The notes under the pieces were generated by a model. That model was not told the origin of the DNA, searched no databases, and was given only the letters and a program-made list of their open reading frames with translations. From positions 7,822 through 71,821 of IMG/VR virus record IMGVR_UViG_3300047561_001900: 64,000 nt of DNA. One strand, 5' to 3'. The translations under genes were made by a program, and so were the position numbers. Below, in pieces: positions 1 through 8,519 of this stretch (positions are counted from its first letter, which is position 1; each line of letters starts with the position of its first letter). This stretch comes from a virus (lineage: Duplodnaviria; Caudoviricetes).

Positions 1-2
1 CT

Positions 3-164
3 GTGCATGCAGTGGACAATGTGGATAGAAAGAGCTTTGCAGCAGCTGCAGCTGCATTGCAACATGCAGATGCCAGTGTGGTCACCTTGAAGGTGAAGAG
101 CAAGAGAGCAGGCAGAAATGTGCGTTTTTACTTGAAGTATGTGGCTGCACCCCAGCTGACCTGA
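3..164 (+). CDS. 3' end of a hypothetical protein (5' truncated by window)
   Basis: Open frame from window edge, VHAVDNVDRK...YVAAPQLT, to TGA at 162-164. Confidence 0.6.
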   Translation: MHAVDNVDRKSFAAAAAALQHADASVVTLKVKSKRAGRNVRFYLKYVAAPQLT

Positions 165-181
165 GTTAGCTTTAGCTAGCA

Positions 182-198
182 GTTCCGAAAAGTTTTTT
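182..198 (+). repeat. Conserved intergenic 17-mer GTTCCGAAAAGTTTTTT, copy 1 of 3
   Basis: Identical 17-mer on the minus strand at 11621-11637 and 12083-12099. Confidence 0.85.
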
Positions 199-204
199 TT
201 GAAC

Positions 205-212
205 CATAAATA
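205..212 (+). promoter_or_regulatory. T4-type late promoter variant CATAAATA
   Basis: Resembles T4 TATAAATA; directly upstream of ATGATG at 215; gp55 is encoded in the window. Confidence 0.6.
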
Positions 213-214
213 CC

Positions 215-769
215 ATGATGAATTCAGACACCAAGAACATATTTGAAGCTTTTGTGAACAAACATGCCGATGCACCAGATCGATCTGTGCAACCAGGAGG
301 TGCCATGGATGATATCACAGATGTTCAGAACAAGAGTGTGCATGTGCTCAAGGATCATGGCTTTCATGTGCACAAGGTGAGCAATGCACATGCTGAACAA
401 CAGGGTGGACCGGTGGTGTACATGGGCAAACGCACTGGTGCCATGCATCAAGTGGCTGAGGTGGATCCACAAGGCATGATCAATGATGAATCGCTGGAGG
501 ATTACCTGGCCAATCATGTGCATGCAGAAGATGCAGAAGCATCTGCAAAGACATCATACAATGCCATGACCCATTTGACTCAAGCAGCCAATCACATTCG
601 TCACATATTGCAAACCAATGCAGATGATGAAGCACAAGTGGAACACATCATCAGAATGGCACAGATCATATTGGGGCCCAAGTCAGATCATACTGATGCA
701 GAGTATCGCAAAATGTTGGATGGATTGATTGTCCTATTGAATAGATTCATCATTGTGCCCATGAACTAA
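215..769 (+). CDS. Hypothetical late protein, probable head/internal protein
   Basis: 184 aa ORF; N-terminus MMNSDTKNIFEAF resembles other late-gene N-termini in the window. Confidence 0.7.
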   Translation: MMNSDTKNIFEAFVNKHADAPDRSVQPGGAMDDITDVQNKSVHVLKDHGFHVHKVSNAHAEQQGGPVVYMGKRTGAMHQVAEVDPQGMINDESLEDYLANHVHAEDAEASAKTSYNAMTHLTQAANHIRHILQTNADDEAQVEHIIRMAQIILGPKSDHTDAEYRKMLDGLIVLLNRFIIVPMN

Positions 770-829
770 TGGTGTTTTTGTTGCCATTCTAGTGGCACAG
801 CTCTGCCTGAAAAAAACATAAGTAAATGT

Positions 830-1300
830 ATGCCCATTGGAACAGTAGATTATGTGAGCACTCGACCATGGAATGATCCTACAAATCCATGGCCACAGTA
901 CAGCAGATTGTTGTTGAGTGCCTCAGATGTTAAGTTAGGGTCTGGAGTGCCATTTGCATATGAATTGAGTTATTTTTTTCCTGCTACTATAGCAGGGGTG
1001 TTTGCATGGGCATACACCAGCATTGATGACACATATGATGGTGCTCAATCTGAGATTGTGCTTTATAAGGCATCTGGAGCAGGGAATGCATATGAGGCAA
1101 CTGTAACATATAATGCAATTGATGATCTATATCAACTAGCTGGTGGGACACGCAGAAGCATACCAGCAGGATGGAAGCAAGGCAACACCAATTGGGTTGC
1201 TCTGATTGGTGCAAATGTGACCTCATTGAGCATCATGCCAGTTACTACATATCTGACACCCTGGGAATTCCGTCGCAGAAGATTGTTGGAATATGTTTAA
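830..1300 (+). CDS. Hypothetical protein, possibly virion-associated
   Basis: 156 aa ORF preceded by CATAAGTA late-like motif. Confidence 0.65.
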   Translation: MPIGTVDYVSTRPWNDPTNPWPQYSRLLLSASDVKLGSGVPFAYELSYFFPATIAGVFAWAYTSIDDTYDGAQSEIVLYKASGAGNAYEATVTYNAIDDLYQLAGGTRRSIPAGWKQGNTNWVALIGANVTSLSIMPVTTYLTPWEFRRRRLLEYV

Positions 1301-1496
1301 ACCCATCAAAAAGCACGGATATTTTGCTAAAAAGTGCAGTGTTTTGCTGAAAAACGCATGAAAAATAAACGATAATAGCCGTGCATGGCCATTAAAAGTG
1401 TTCATATAATAGATGTTTACATGTGACACATACCAAATACAGGGCAATACCGAGAAAACAGTGGCCAGTTCTTCAAAATGCTAGTACAATAGACGA

Positions 1497-1724
1497 ATGA
1501 TGGAAGCACAATTGAAGTATTGCAGTTTAACCATGTCAGGTTACCGATATGACTACTGTTATGATGCTTTGAGGAGAGAGGTGAGCACTCAGCACTTTCC
1601 CCGCATTCCTATCCATCAAGTCACCTTGAACTGTGGTGAAACATTGGAACATGATGAGATACGAGCATTGATAGAAGCCAAGCTGCAAATGCCTCAATTT
1701 GCTGCATTGGAGGCATTGTTTTGA
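1497..1724 (+). CDS. Small early hypothetical protein
   Basis: 75 aa; TACAAT-N6-ATGATG. Confidence 0.65.
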   Translation: MMEAQLKYCSLTMSGYRYDYCYDALRREVSTQHFPRIPIHQVTLNCGETLEHDEIRALIEAKLQMPQFAALEALF

Positions 1725-1856
1725 TGACATCAATTTCGGAGGCCGACAGTGTTCATGGCATGAAGCCATGGCAGGTCATGTGGATCTACCTCAAATGGTC
1801 CACTCATCATGGTAGTTTTGTGGTGTCTACCCAAAAGAAACCACCTATTTTCTTAG

Positions 1857-1884
1857 TTGCCAGATTCCCTAATGCATGCATACT
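1857..1884 (+). promoter_or_regulatory. Early sigma70-like promoter
   Basis: TTGCCA-N16-CATACT-N6-ATG(1891). Confidence 0.6.
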
Positions 1885-1890
1885 ATGGGC

Positions 1891-2238
1891 ATGATGAAAC
1901 AACAAACACCGACCAAACCCAAAGAAATGTATGTCCGAATTACCAACATCCATTGGAATGAAGGACCCAAATACAAAGGACCACAAGCCTTCTGGTTCGT
2001 GGTAAACGCCGATACCTATAAGAAATGTAAATCCGATCCTGTGCACAAACTGGCATTGTTTCAGACAATTGAGAATGAACTGCCAGATGCCAGTGAATAT
2101 GCTGGCATTGCCTCTGATCTGTTGGAACATGAATGGGTGAGACCTGATCAATTCCAGGACCAAGCCAGTTATACCCGATGGGGATTCAACACAGGCGACA
2201 CCTTGGAAAGTACCGATCTCACCGATATTAAACTCTAA
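1891..2238 (+). CDS. Early hypothetical protein
   Basis: ORF track 1876-2238; start moved to ATGATG at 1891 from promoter spacing. Confidence 0.7.
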   Translation: MMKQQTPTKPKEMYVRITNIHWNEGPKYKGPQAFWFVVNADTYKKCKSDPVHKLALFQTIENELPDASEYAGIASDLLEHEWVRPDQFQDQASYTRWGFNTGDTLESTDLTDIKL

Positions 2239-2275
2239 TATGGCCATTAATCTAAATTCCACTATCATAGGAGAC

Positions 2276-2584
2276 ATGATGACAACAACAACTGCAACTG
2301 CCGTGACTCACAAACCCATTCCCACCACATTCACCAAGAAGGGCTTCACCTATGTGCAGCTCAAGCGAGAGGGTGCCCGTGCCATCTTTGAACAGACCAG
2401 AGCCGGCACTGCCTTGCACAATTATGAGGTGGTGAAGATTGGACGCCACAATGGTTACATCATGGGTGGCATCACCATTGAACCAGCTGAAACCTATCCA
2501 GGCTCTTCACTGTGGGGCATCACAGCCTGGACTTGCACCAGCCTGGAGCAGGCCATGCAACGATATGAAGGCATGACATCATGA
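2276..2584 (+). CDS. Early hypothetical protein
   Basis: ORF track 2240-2584; TGGCCA-N16-TATCAT then ATGATG at 2276. Confidence 0.7.
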   Translation: MMTTTTATAVTHKPIPTTFTKKGFTYVQLKREGARAIFEQTRAGTALHNYEVVKIGRHNGYIMGGITIEPAETYPGSSLWGITAWTCTSLEQAMQRYEGMTS

Positions 2585-2844
2585 CGTGCGCACGCATTGG
2601 ATTGACTGATGAACAAATTGATGATCTGACTGAACAAGGCCGTCAATTGTACAACAACATCTTTGATTACTGCACTTATGCTGCCGACCCCCAGTATGCC
2701 ACATTGCACAAGTTCCGCAGTCGCATACAACAATTGCAACTGTCAGATCGAACCACACTCATTGAATACTTTAATAACGATCCTGCTATTCAGTGGACAG
2801 GCATGCCATGTGCACCCTATGAATACTATGCAAAGCCTTACTAG
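2581..2844 (+). CDS. Hypothetical protein
   Basis: 87 aa; ATGA overlap with upstream stop. Confidence 0.65.
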   Translation: MTCARIGLTDEQIDDLTEQGRQLYNNIFDYCTYAADPQYATLHKFRSRIQQLQLSDRTTLIEYFNNDPAIQWTGMPCAPYEYYAKPY

Positions 2845-2889
2845 CATCATGGTTGCGCAGGGATAATAGCGGGGTCGTTTTAATAGCAC

Positions 2890-3177
2890 ATGCACATGGA
2901 TACATGCAAACAAATCGATTGGCTTAAACAAGAGATCCTGGACCAGATAGATGCTGGCATGGAGAACTTTACTATTGAAGAAAGAGTGTTGGAGTTTGCC
3001 AAGGTGGTAGTCAATTCATGTGTGGGCAGGATTGATGTGATGCACGCCTTGGACATGCATGATCACCTGGATGAGATTGGTGCATTGGATAACATCAAAT
3101 GCAAAGACCGCCTGCAATGTCTGTACAATTACTTCTACAATTGGATTGAACTGGAACTGGCCACACGTTATGCTTAG
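2890..3177 (+). CDS. Hypothetical protein
   Basis: 95 aa acidic ORF, same strand as neighbours. Confidence 0.6.
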   Translation: MHMDTCKQIDWLKQEILDQIDAGMENFTIEERVLEFAKVVVNSCVGRIDVMHALDMHDHLDEIGALDNIKCKDRLQCLYNYFYNWIELELATRYA

Positions 3178-3283
3178 TATTGCTGCAGATACATTGGCCG
3201 CGGCCATTGTGCCCTTCTTCTTTGTATGCTTTGGGCTATTGTGGCTAGGGTTTGCCATGTACGATTTGTTTAAAAAGAAATAA
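3170..3283 (+). CDS. 37-aa membrane peptide
   Basis: MLSIAADTLAAAIVPFFFVCFGLLWLGFAMYDLFKKK; one hydrophobic span and basic tail; start overlaps upstream stop. Confidence 0.55.
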   Translation: MLSIAADTLAAAIVPFFFVCFGLLWLGFAMYDLFKKK

Positions 3284-3551
3284 CTTCTGTAACTGCTTCA
3301 TTTTGCAGGTTTGCTAAATGGTTGATACTCCCTTGCATACTGTAACTTGTTGATACTACAATTGTATTTGTAGATGGTTCAATCACAACAATCCAACCAC
3401 CCTTCATACTCAACACCTTTACGCGTAAAGTAGCGGTCCAGAGTCCCCCCCTCCTCTCTTAATTTTCAAGATGGTGCTGCTTTCCTAATCTGTCCATATA
3501 GTATACAGGAAATGCAGAATGTGGCCATAACAAAATTTAGTAAGTTTTGTA

Positions 3552-3579
3552 TTGAACAAACTGCCAAATCCATTATAAT
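3552..3579 (+). promoter_or_regulatory. Early promoter
   Basis: TTGAAC-N16-TATAAT-N6-ATG(3586). Confidence 0.75.
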
Positions 3580-3585
3580 TACATT

Positions 3586-3771
3586 ATGAAAATTAAATTA
3601 AGAAAAGATACTAAAACTGATTGTTATTATAAAGGCTACATCAAAACTGAAACATTTGAAAAGGGCACTATTTTTAATGCTGATTGGGATGGTAGTTTGT
3701 ATAATGTGAATGTGAAGAATGGTCCAACTATTATATTTGAAAAATGTGATGTTTTGGAGTTGACCAAATAA
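3586..3771 (+). CDS. Small early hypothetical protein
   Basis: 61 aa; C-terminal LELTK is encoded by the next promoter. Confidence 0.7.
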   Translation: MKIKLRKDTKTDCYYKGYIKTETFEKGTIFNADWDGSLYNVNVKNGPTIIFEKCDVLELTK

Positions 3772-3787
3772 GCAATTCCATTATAAT
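3760..3787 (+). promoter_or_regulatory. Early promoter
   Basis: TTGACC-N16-TATAAT-N6-ATG(3794). Confidence 0.8.
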
Positions 3788-3793
3788 TACATT

Positions 3794-3964
3794 ATGAAAA
3801 TTAATAAAAGCAAATTGAAAGTGGGTTATGTGTTTGAAGGTAGTGAAGGTTGTGAAGAAGTAGTAGTATGTATTGATAAAAGGAATGGAGAAGTGTATTG
3901 CAGACATTTAGAGGAAGATGGTAACAGATATCAAATTGAAAAGGATGGAAGTATTAAAGTTTGA
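3794..3964 (+). CDS. 56-aa early hypothetical protein (not in ORF track)
   Basis: MKINKSKLKVGYVFEGSEGCEEVVVCIDKRNGEVYCRHLEEDGNRYQIEKDGSIKV; has its own promoter. Confidence 0.7.
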   Translation: MKINKSKLKVGYVFEGSEGCEEVVVCIDKRNGEVYCRHLEEDGNRYQIEKDGSIKV

Positions 3965-3966
3965 AG

Positions 3967-3994
3967 TTGACCAAATTCTAAATTCCCGTATAAT
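3967..3994 (+). promoter_or_regulatory. Early promoter
   Basis: TTGACC-N16-TATAAT-N6-ATG(4001). Confidence 0.8.
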
Positions 3995-4000
3995 ATGATT

Positions 4001-4252
4001 ATGAAAATTAATAATAACAAATTGATGGAACGTTTGCAAACTGATTTTGAAAATGCGGCGAGTGTATTGGATAGTTTGGGTAGGATTAATAAAGTTCCTG
4101 CGACGGAATGGGTAGAAACGTTAAAGGAGTATGTTAAGTGGGAACGAAAAGAGATGGGAGAGAATATGGAATGGGACGCGATGGAAATGGAGAAGGAAGA
4201 TGTGGAGTTTATTAAAACAAATAATATTAAATGGAATTGGATGTACGAGTAA
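4001..4252 (+). CDS. Early hypothetical protein
   Basis: ORF track 3995-4252; start refined from promoter spacing. Confidence 0.7.
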   Translation: MKINNNKLMERLQTDFENAASVLDSLGRINKVPATEWVETLKEYVKWERKEMGENMEWDAMEMEKEDVEFIKTNNIKWNWMYE

Positions 4253-4260
4253 GTTTGAGG

Positions 4261-4317
4261 TTGACTAAAACCAAATTTCACCTATACTAATAATAAGAAA
4301 GAAGGATACAAAAATGA
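4261..4317 (+). repeat. 57-bp promoter+leader unit, copy 1 (copy 2 at 4617-4673)
   Basis: TTGACYAAAACCWAATTTCACCTATACTAATAATAAGAAAGAAGGATACAAAAATGA; 2 mismatches between copies. Confidence 0.9.
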
Positions 4318-4631
4318 TAATGAAAGTAATTGAAATGACTGTAAAAGGTAGAAAAGGATATTATACAGGCCTGCAATCATCCTATAATGGGGGTTGGAGA
4401 ATTACAAACAAATTAGAAAAGATTCCTAAAAGTGGCAGATTCTTTTATAGTTTTATGGATTGGGGGGATGGTAGTGAGAGGACTGCAGATTGTTGGTGGT
4501 CCACATTTCCCAACGAATTGCAATTTACTGTTAAATTGTTAACAGATTGGAGCGAAAAATATGGCATAACTGATATAAAAGTGTTGGATGTGGTGGTGCA
4601 ATCTGAAAAATTAGAGTTGACCAAAACCTAA
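4314..4631 (+). CDS. Early hypothetical protein
   Basis: 105 aa; ends EKLELTKT across the next promoter. Confidence 0.7.
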   Translation: MIMKVIEMTVKGRKGYYTGLQSSYNGGWRITNKLEKIPKSGRFFYSFMDWGDGSERTADCWWSTFPNELQFTVKLLTDWSEKYGITDIKVLDVVVQSEKLELTKT

Positions 4632-4673
4632 TTTCACCTATACTAATAATAAGAAAGAAGGATACAAAAATGA
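4617..4673 (+). repeat. 57-bp promoter+leader unit, copy 2
   Basis: Near-identical to 4261-4317. Confidence 0.9.
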
Positions 4674-4975
4674 AATATGTAATGTTAAATGTGGATTGTG
4701 AATGTGGTGGAGAAGCCTATTTGCAAACTATTAATACAGAAACTGAATTGAAAGATGCTGTAAGTGGTTACAATACAGCAGTTAGTGAAGATGTAGGTAT
4801 TAAGTTCTATAATGATGGAGAAGATGACTTTACAACTAGCATATTGTTGAATGAAAAGGGGTTAGAGGAGTTTAGGGATGCCCTTAAAGGAGCTAATCCG
4901 TTCGATAAGAACAAATATGATTATAAGAGTTGGTTGAGTGGTAGTGATGGTGATGATGATAGTGATGATGAGTAA
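4670..4975 (+). CDS. Acidic early hypothetical protein
   Basis: 101 aa, D/E-rich tail. Confidence 0.7.
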   Translation: MKYVMLNVDCECGGEAYLQTINTETELKDAVSGYNTAVSEDVGIKFYNDGEDDFTTSILLNEKGLEEFRDALKGANPFDKNKYDYKSWLSGSDGDDDSDDE

Positions 4976-4983
4976 GATTTGCA

Positions 4984-5011
4984 TTGACCAAATAAGAAAT
5001 TCAGCCATAAT
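4984..5011 (+). promoter_or_regulatory. Early promoter
   Basis: TTGACC-N16-CATAAT-AGGAGG-ATGATG(5018). Confidence 0.8.
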
Positions 5012-5017
5012 AGGAGG

Positions 5018-5236
5018 ATGATGAAAACAGAAAGAAAACAAAAGATTGAGCAACTTATTGAAATGACTTTCAAGAATGTTGCAGAACTAAATGAAATGCT
5101 TAAAAAGTCTGATTATGATTGGGCCAATAAGATGGTGAATAGTGATGGTGATGTGTATGATAATAATGGTGAATTGGCTGAAAGCATTTTGAATGTGGGT
5201 GACAATTTGGTGGATTATGGGAAGATGTTTAGATGA
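5018..5236 (+). CDS. Small early hypothetical protein
   Basis: 72 aa behind own promoter. Confidence 0.7.
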   Translation: MMKTERKQKIEQLIEMTFKNVAELNEMLKKSDYDWANKMVNSDGDVYDNNGELAESILNVGDNLVDYGKMFR

Positions 5237-5451
5237 ATAACTTCAAACCTTATACCCAAACTGATGTGGTGTCCTTTTATAAGGAGTTGGTGAAGAGATG
5301 GGCAGATGATCAGTTGGACCAATTGCATGAATACCCTATTACTGATAGGAAGAATGCATTAGGAAGGCTTATTGATTCTTCTTTAGATGTGTTTAGGGAT
5401 GATATTGAAGAAGAGATAAGAAAGAGAAATCTTTCTTTTTTGGTTGACTAA
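5233..5451 (+). CDS. Small hypothetical protein
   Basis: 72 aa; ATGA overlap. Confidence 0.65.
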   Translation: MNNFKPYTQTDVVSFYKELVKRWADDQLDQLHEYPITDRKNALGRLIDSSLDVFRDDIEEEIRKRNLSFLVD

Positions 5452-5471
5452 AACTGAATTGCCCATATAAT
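5444..5471 (+). promoter_or_regulatory. Early promoter
   Basis: TTGACT-N16-TATAAT-N6-ATGATG(5478). Confidence 0.8.
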
Positions 5472-5477
5472 AGGAGT

Positions 5478-5771
5478 ATGATGAAAAACAAAACAAACCA
5501 ACATTTGCATATTGATCTGTATAATGGAAAAAGTAAATGGATATCTGAAAGTATATTTATGAACTATACTGTAGGAACCAATTTTGATGGTAATGATAGT
5601 AAAGGCTATTTTATGACCTACAAATTGGATGATGGTACAATTGAAAAAGAATATTACAATTGGAAGGACAATTGGAACAGAATTAAGAGGTGTGAAACCC
5701 ATACTGTTTATATGGGTGAGGAATGCATATTGATTGACTTCACTAACAAGAAGTTGAGAGGTACAAAATGA
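5478..5771 (+). CDS. Early hypothetical protein
   Basis: 97 aa. Confidence 0.7.
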   Translation: MMKNKTNQHLHIDLYNGKSKWISESIFMNYTVGTNFDGNDSKGYFMTYKLDDGTIEKEYYNWKDNWNRIKRCETHTVYMGEECILIDFTNKKLRGTK

Positions 5772-5992
5772 GGTTCTCACAAAAGAAGCTGCTTGAGTCC
5801 CACAACCAACATCTTAAAGCAGAATATGGTAAAGACATTTTTACCAACAAAACCTTTCACTGCAATTATGGATGGTCAGAGGATGATGAATCCATTTGCA
5901 CCAAAATCTATAAAAAGAGTGGGCATGAATACCTCTCCACCTTCTACAAATTGGGTTTGTATCATTTTGAGTGCAGCAAAATTGGCAGTTGA
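5768..5992 (+). CDS. Small hypothetical protein
   Basis: 74 aa; ATGA overlap. Confidence 0.6.
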   Translation: MRFSQKKLLESHNQHLKAEYGKDIFTNKTFHCNYGWSEDDESICTKIYKKSGHEYLSTFYKLGLYHFECSKIGS

Positions 5993-6016
5993 CTGAATTC
6001 CAAATTCCATCATAAT
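5989..6016 (+). promoter_or_regulatory. Early promoter
   Basis: TTGACT-N16-CATAAT-N6-ATG(6023). Confidence 0.75.
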
Positions 6017-6022
6017 ATGCAT

Positions 6023-6229
6023 ATGTTAAATCAAGAAGACCAAGACCAAAGGCTAATGAAAAAAACCTACACCATTGAGAACATCATCAATGGGCTCAAA
6101 TACATTGATGCAGAGTTTGATGTGGCTAGTCCATCATGGAAGCAATTCTGTGTGAGGATTGAGGTGATTGACAATGCAGTGGACAAGCTCATTGAAACAA
6201 TTGAGATCAGAAAGAATCAGAACAAATGA
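6023..6229 (+). CDS. Small early hypothetical protein
   Basis: ORF track 6017-6229; start refined. Confidence 0.65.
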   Translation: MLNQEDQDQRLMKKTYTIENIINGLKYIDAEFDVASPSWKQFCVRIEVIDNAVDKLIETIEIRKNQNK

Positions 6230-6474
6230 AGATACGAGCATACAGCATCATCTATGATACGATGAGCCCTCCAGAAGATTGCACACACTTGCCCCAGGAG
6301 CTCATGTTTGAAGTGCCTGACACTTTCAATGTGGCAGATGATGGGGCAGAATTGATATCAGAGCAAACTGGCTGGTTGGTGCACTCGTTCAATTATGTGG
6401 TGGAAGAGTTTGGCTGGCATCCCTCTCCTGCAGATTACATACCCACCAGTCTGAGTGGCATTGAAGTGCGATGA
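6226..6474 (+). CDS. Hypothetical protein
   Basis: 82 aa; ATGA overlap. Confidence 0.65.
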   Translation: MKIRAYSIIYDTMSPPEDCTHLPQELMFEVPDTFNVADDGAELISEQTGWLVHSFNYVVEEFGWHPSPADYIPTSLSGIEVR

Positions 6475-6499
6475 GCAACAATCAAGGAATACTTGATAG

Positions 6500-6527
6500 T
6501 TGACCAAATAATAGTTTCCCGTATAAT
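6500..6527 (+). promoter_or_regulatory. Early promoter
   Basis: TTGACC-N16-TATAAT-AGGAGG-ATGATG(6534); closely matches the unit at 4984. Confidence 0.8.
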
Positions 6528-6533
6528 AGGAGG

Positions 6534-7022
6534 ATGATGAAAACAACGACAGAGCCAAAGCACAAGTTCTTCATGAAGATCATGACCACTCAAGTGCTCA
6601 AACCTTACCTCAAAGAAGCCAAGCGCGTGGGATACACCGTCAAGGGTGGCATCAAAGATGGCTTTGTGAAAGTGATCACTGATGAATGTGCCAGTCATCC
6701 TGCTGGTGAGGTGGTCATGAGGGGTACCAAAGCTCCTTGGAACCCTGCATGGATCATGTCATTCAATACTGAGTATTGGGTGGAGCCCAGCATCAAGGAT
6801 ATCTTGAACAACACCAAAGAGATGAGCAACACAGCTGCTGCATTGCTCATGATACCCAGCTTGGTGGACAAGAAGACTGCCTTGCAGAAGCTGTATGCTG
6901 AGACTCATCTGGAACACACCCAATATGAGATGCACACCCTCATGCTGGATATCGGTCCCATGGACCATGCACAATTGGATGCATACATCAACAAGCTGGT
7001 GAAGCATTGGCAGTTGACCTAA
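6534..7022 (+). CDS. Early hypothetical protein
   Basis: 162 aa. Confidence 0.7.
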   Translation: MMKTTTEPKHKFFMKIMTTQVLKPYLKEAKRVGYTVKGGIKDGFVKVITDECASHPAGEVVMRGTKAPWNPAWIMSFNTEYWVEPSIKDILNNTKEMSNTAAALLMIPSLVDKKTALQKLYAETHLEHTQYEMHTLMLDIGPMDHAQLDAYINKLVKHWQLT

Positions 7023-7042
7023 CTGCCGCTTTCACATATACT
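7014..7042 (+). promoter_or_regulatory. Early promoter
   Basis: TTGACC-N17-TATACT-N6-ATGATG(7049). Confidence 0.7.
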
Positions 7043-7048
7043 ACTGGT

Positions 7049-7375
7049 ATGATGAATAAGCAAATAACCAACGAATATTACTATCAGAAGAATGGTGAAG
7101 GGTTCACCAAAACCGAAACCATCCCAGCCATTGGTGGCATCCGATGGGCCCAGCGCGAGAGCACAGGTGAATACAAACAGTCTGCTTACTATGACCACTC
7201 CTTCTACAAGGTGGCCTTTCATGGCCCTTGTGACTTGGGTCGTATCCGCAACGCACTCAGCAAGTTATACCCTGCTCGCTTCAACAAGTTTGGGGGCTTC
7301 ACCACAGTGGCTGATGTGCAACAGCTTGATGATCAACACATTAAGGTGGAGCTCTGCTACCACATAGGAGATTAA
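7049..7375 (+). CDS. Early hypothetical protein
   Basis: ORF track 7007-7375; start refined to MMNKQ. Confidence 0.7.
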   Translation: MMNKQITNEYYYQKNGEGFTKTETIPAIGGIRWAQRESTGEYKQSAYYDHSFYKVAFHGPCDLGRIRNALSKLYPARFNKFGGFTTVADVQQLDDQHIKVELCYHIGD

Positions 7376-7376
7376 C

Positions 7377-7595
7377 ATGCCCAGTAAGCTCAGACTAGCA
7401 GAAGACATCCTTTTAACAGTGCGAGAACCTAGGGAGCTCAAGGGATCGCTTGTTTGTTTCATACAAGACAGTGATATACCCATGAAGGATAAGCGCAAGC
7501 TCATCATGAACATTGATCGATGCATGACTATCAATGAGATACAGCGCTTGTTCTACAATGCTTTGCTCAAGTTTGAAGGGTGTGGAGTAATCTGA
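7377..7595 (+). CDS. Small hypothetical protein
   Basis: 72 aa, tandem with neighbours. Confidence 0.65.
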   Translation: MPSKLRLAEDILLTVREPRELKGSLVCFIQDSDIPMKDKRKLIMNIDRCMTINEIQRLFYNALLKFEGCGVI

Positions 7596-7750
7596 TGGGC
7601 TGGGCTGCTCGTAAATTGTGTGGCAGTGATTGGGAGGATCAACATCAAGTGGTTACAGAGTATCTGGCAGCCAAGGATGCAGCTAAGATATTGCTAGACA
7701 AACAGTTAAAAGAGTTCTGGGCAGAGTATGAAGATGAACGAGGAGCATAA
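7595..7750 (+). CDS. 51-aa hypothetical protein (not in ORF track)
   Basis: MGWAARKLCGSDWEDQHQVVTEYLAAKDAAKILLDKQLKEFWAEYEDERGA; TGATG overlap. Confidence 0.55.
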   Translation: MGWAARKLCGSDWEDQHQVVTEYLAAKDAAKILLDKQLKEFWAEYEDERGA

Positions 7751-7751
7751 C

Positions 7752-7871
7752 ATGGACTGGCAGCATATGAAAGACAGATGCTGGTCATTCTTTTACTCCG
7801 TGCTGGCCAATGTGTTAGCGTTGATATTGTACAGCGCCATTGCTTATGCATTCATATGGTTCATTTGGTAG
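7752..7871 (+). CDS. 39-aa membrane peptide (not in ORF track)
   Basis: MDWQHMKDRCWSFFYSVLANVLALILYSAIAYAFIWFIW; AGGAG upstream. Confidence 0.55.
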   Translation: MDWQHMKDRCWSFFYSVLANVLALILYSAIAYAFIWFIW

Positions 7872-7899
7872 TTGACCCAACTGCAAACGCCTGTACAAT
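7872..7899 (+). promoter_or_regulatory. Early promoter
   Basis: TTGACC-N16-TACAAT-N6-ATGATG(7906). Confidence 0.8.
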
Positions 7900-7905
7900 A
7901 TTAGT

Positions 7906-8229
7906 ATGATGAATAACAACACCACCAAACAAGTCGGCAACGTCACCATTCACAGCAACCCCTGGGTCACTTTTGCATTTGAAGTGCATGGTACCATGTT
8001 CAAGATCAATGAAGGGGTGGACATCATTGATCCCAAGACTGGACTCAAGTCTGTGCAGGGCACCATTGACTACATCTGTGACTCAGGGTTCTCTGCTCGC
8101 ATTCTGGGACCATTTGGTTCAGGATCACCTTTTCAGAGCTTTGATGCAGCTGCCACATTTGGTAGTGCTGCAGATGATCATGCCTCATGGAAGCAGTGCC
8201 ACCGCAGCTGTGCTGTGGGATTGATCTAA
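7906..8229 (+). CDS. Early hypothetical protein
   Basis: 107 aa. Confidence 0.7.
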   Translation: MMNNNTTKQVGNVTIHSNPWVTFAFEVHGTMFKINEGVDIIDPKTGLKSVQGTIDYICDSGFSARILGPFGSGSPFQSFDAAATFGSAADDHASWKQCHRSCAVGLI

Positions 8230-8237
8230 CTTTGGTA

Positions 8238-8265
8238 TTGACCTACCCTCAAGTTCCTGTACAAT
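8238..8265 (+). promoter_or_regulatory. Early promoter
   Basis: TTGACC-N16-TACAAT-N6-ATGATG(8272). Confidence 0.8.
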
Positions 8266-8271
8266 TGTAAT

Positions 8272-8505
8272 ATGATGAATGAAGCAGCCACAACAACGGA
8301 AGAAACCACTGCATATGCCTTGGGCACTACCATTGGTATTCTTATCAACCTGAAGCGCATGGTGGAACAGAACATGACTGACTATGGCAACAACCTGGAA
8401 GGTGTCAGGGGGTTGCATCCCATGTGGGGCAAGCACAAGCTCATGTCTGAGTTTGACCGTGCCCTGGATACATTGGATGGCATCAAGTACCCTTACAAAT
8501 ACTAA
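8272..8505 (+). CDS. Small early hypothetical protein
   Basis: 77 aa. Confidence 0.7.
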   Translation: MMNEAATTTEETTAYALGTTIGILINLKRMVEQNMTDYGNNLEGVRGLHPMWGKHKLMSEFDRALDTLDGIKYPYKY

Positions 8506-8519
8506 CCAAGGAGACACAC

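Noticed and set aside
5012-5017. AGGAGG as a functional Shine-Dalgarno (also 6528-6533)
   Set aside because: It abuts the ATG with no spacer and occupies the 6-nt gap after the -10 box, so it is probably upstream of +1. It could serve the second ATG only with too short a spacing.
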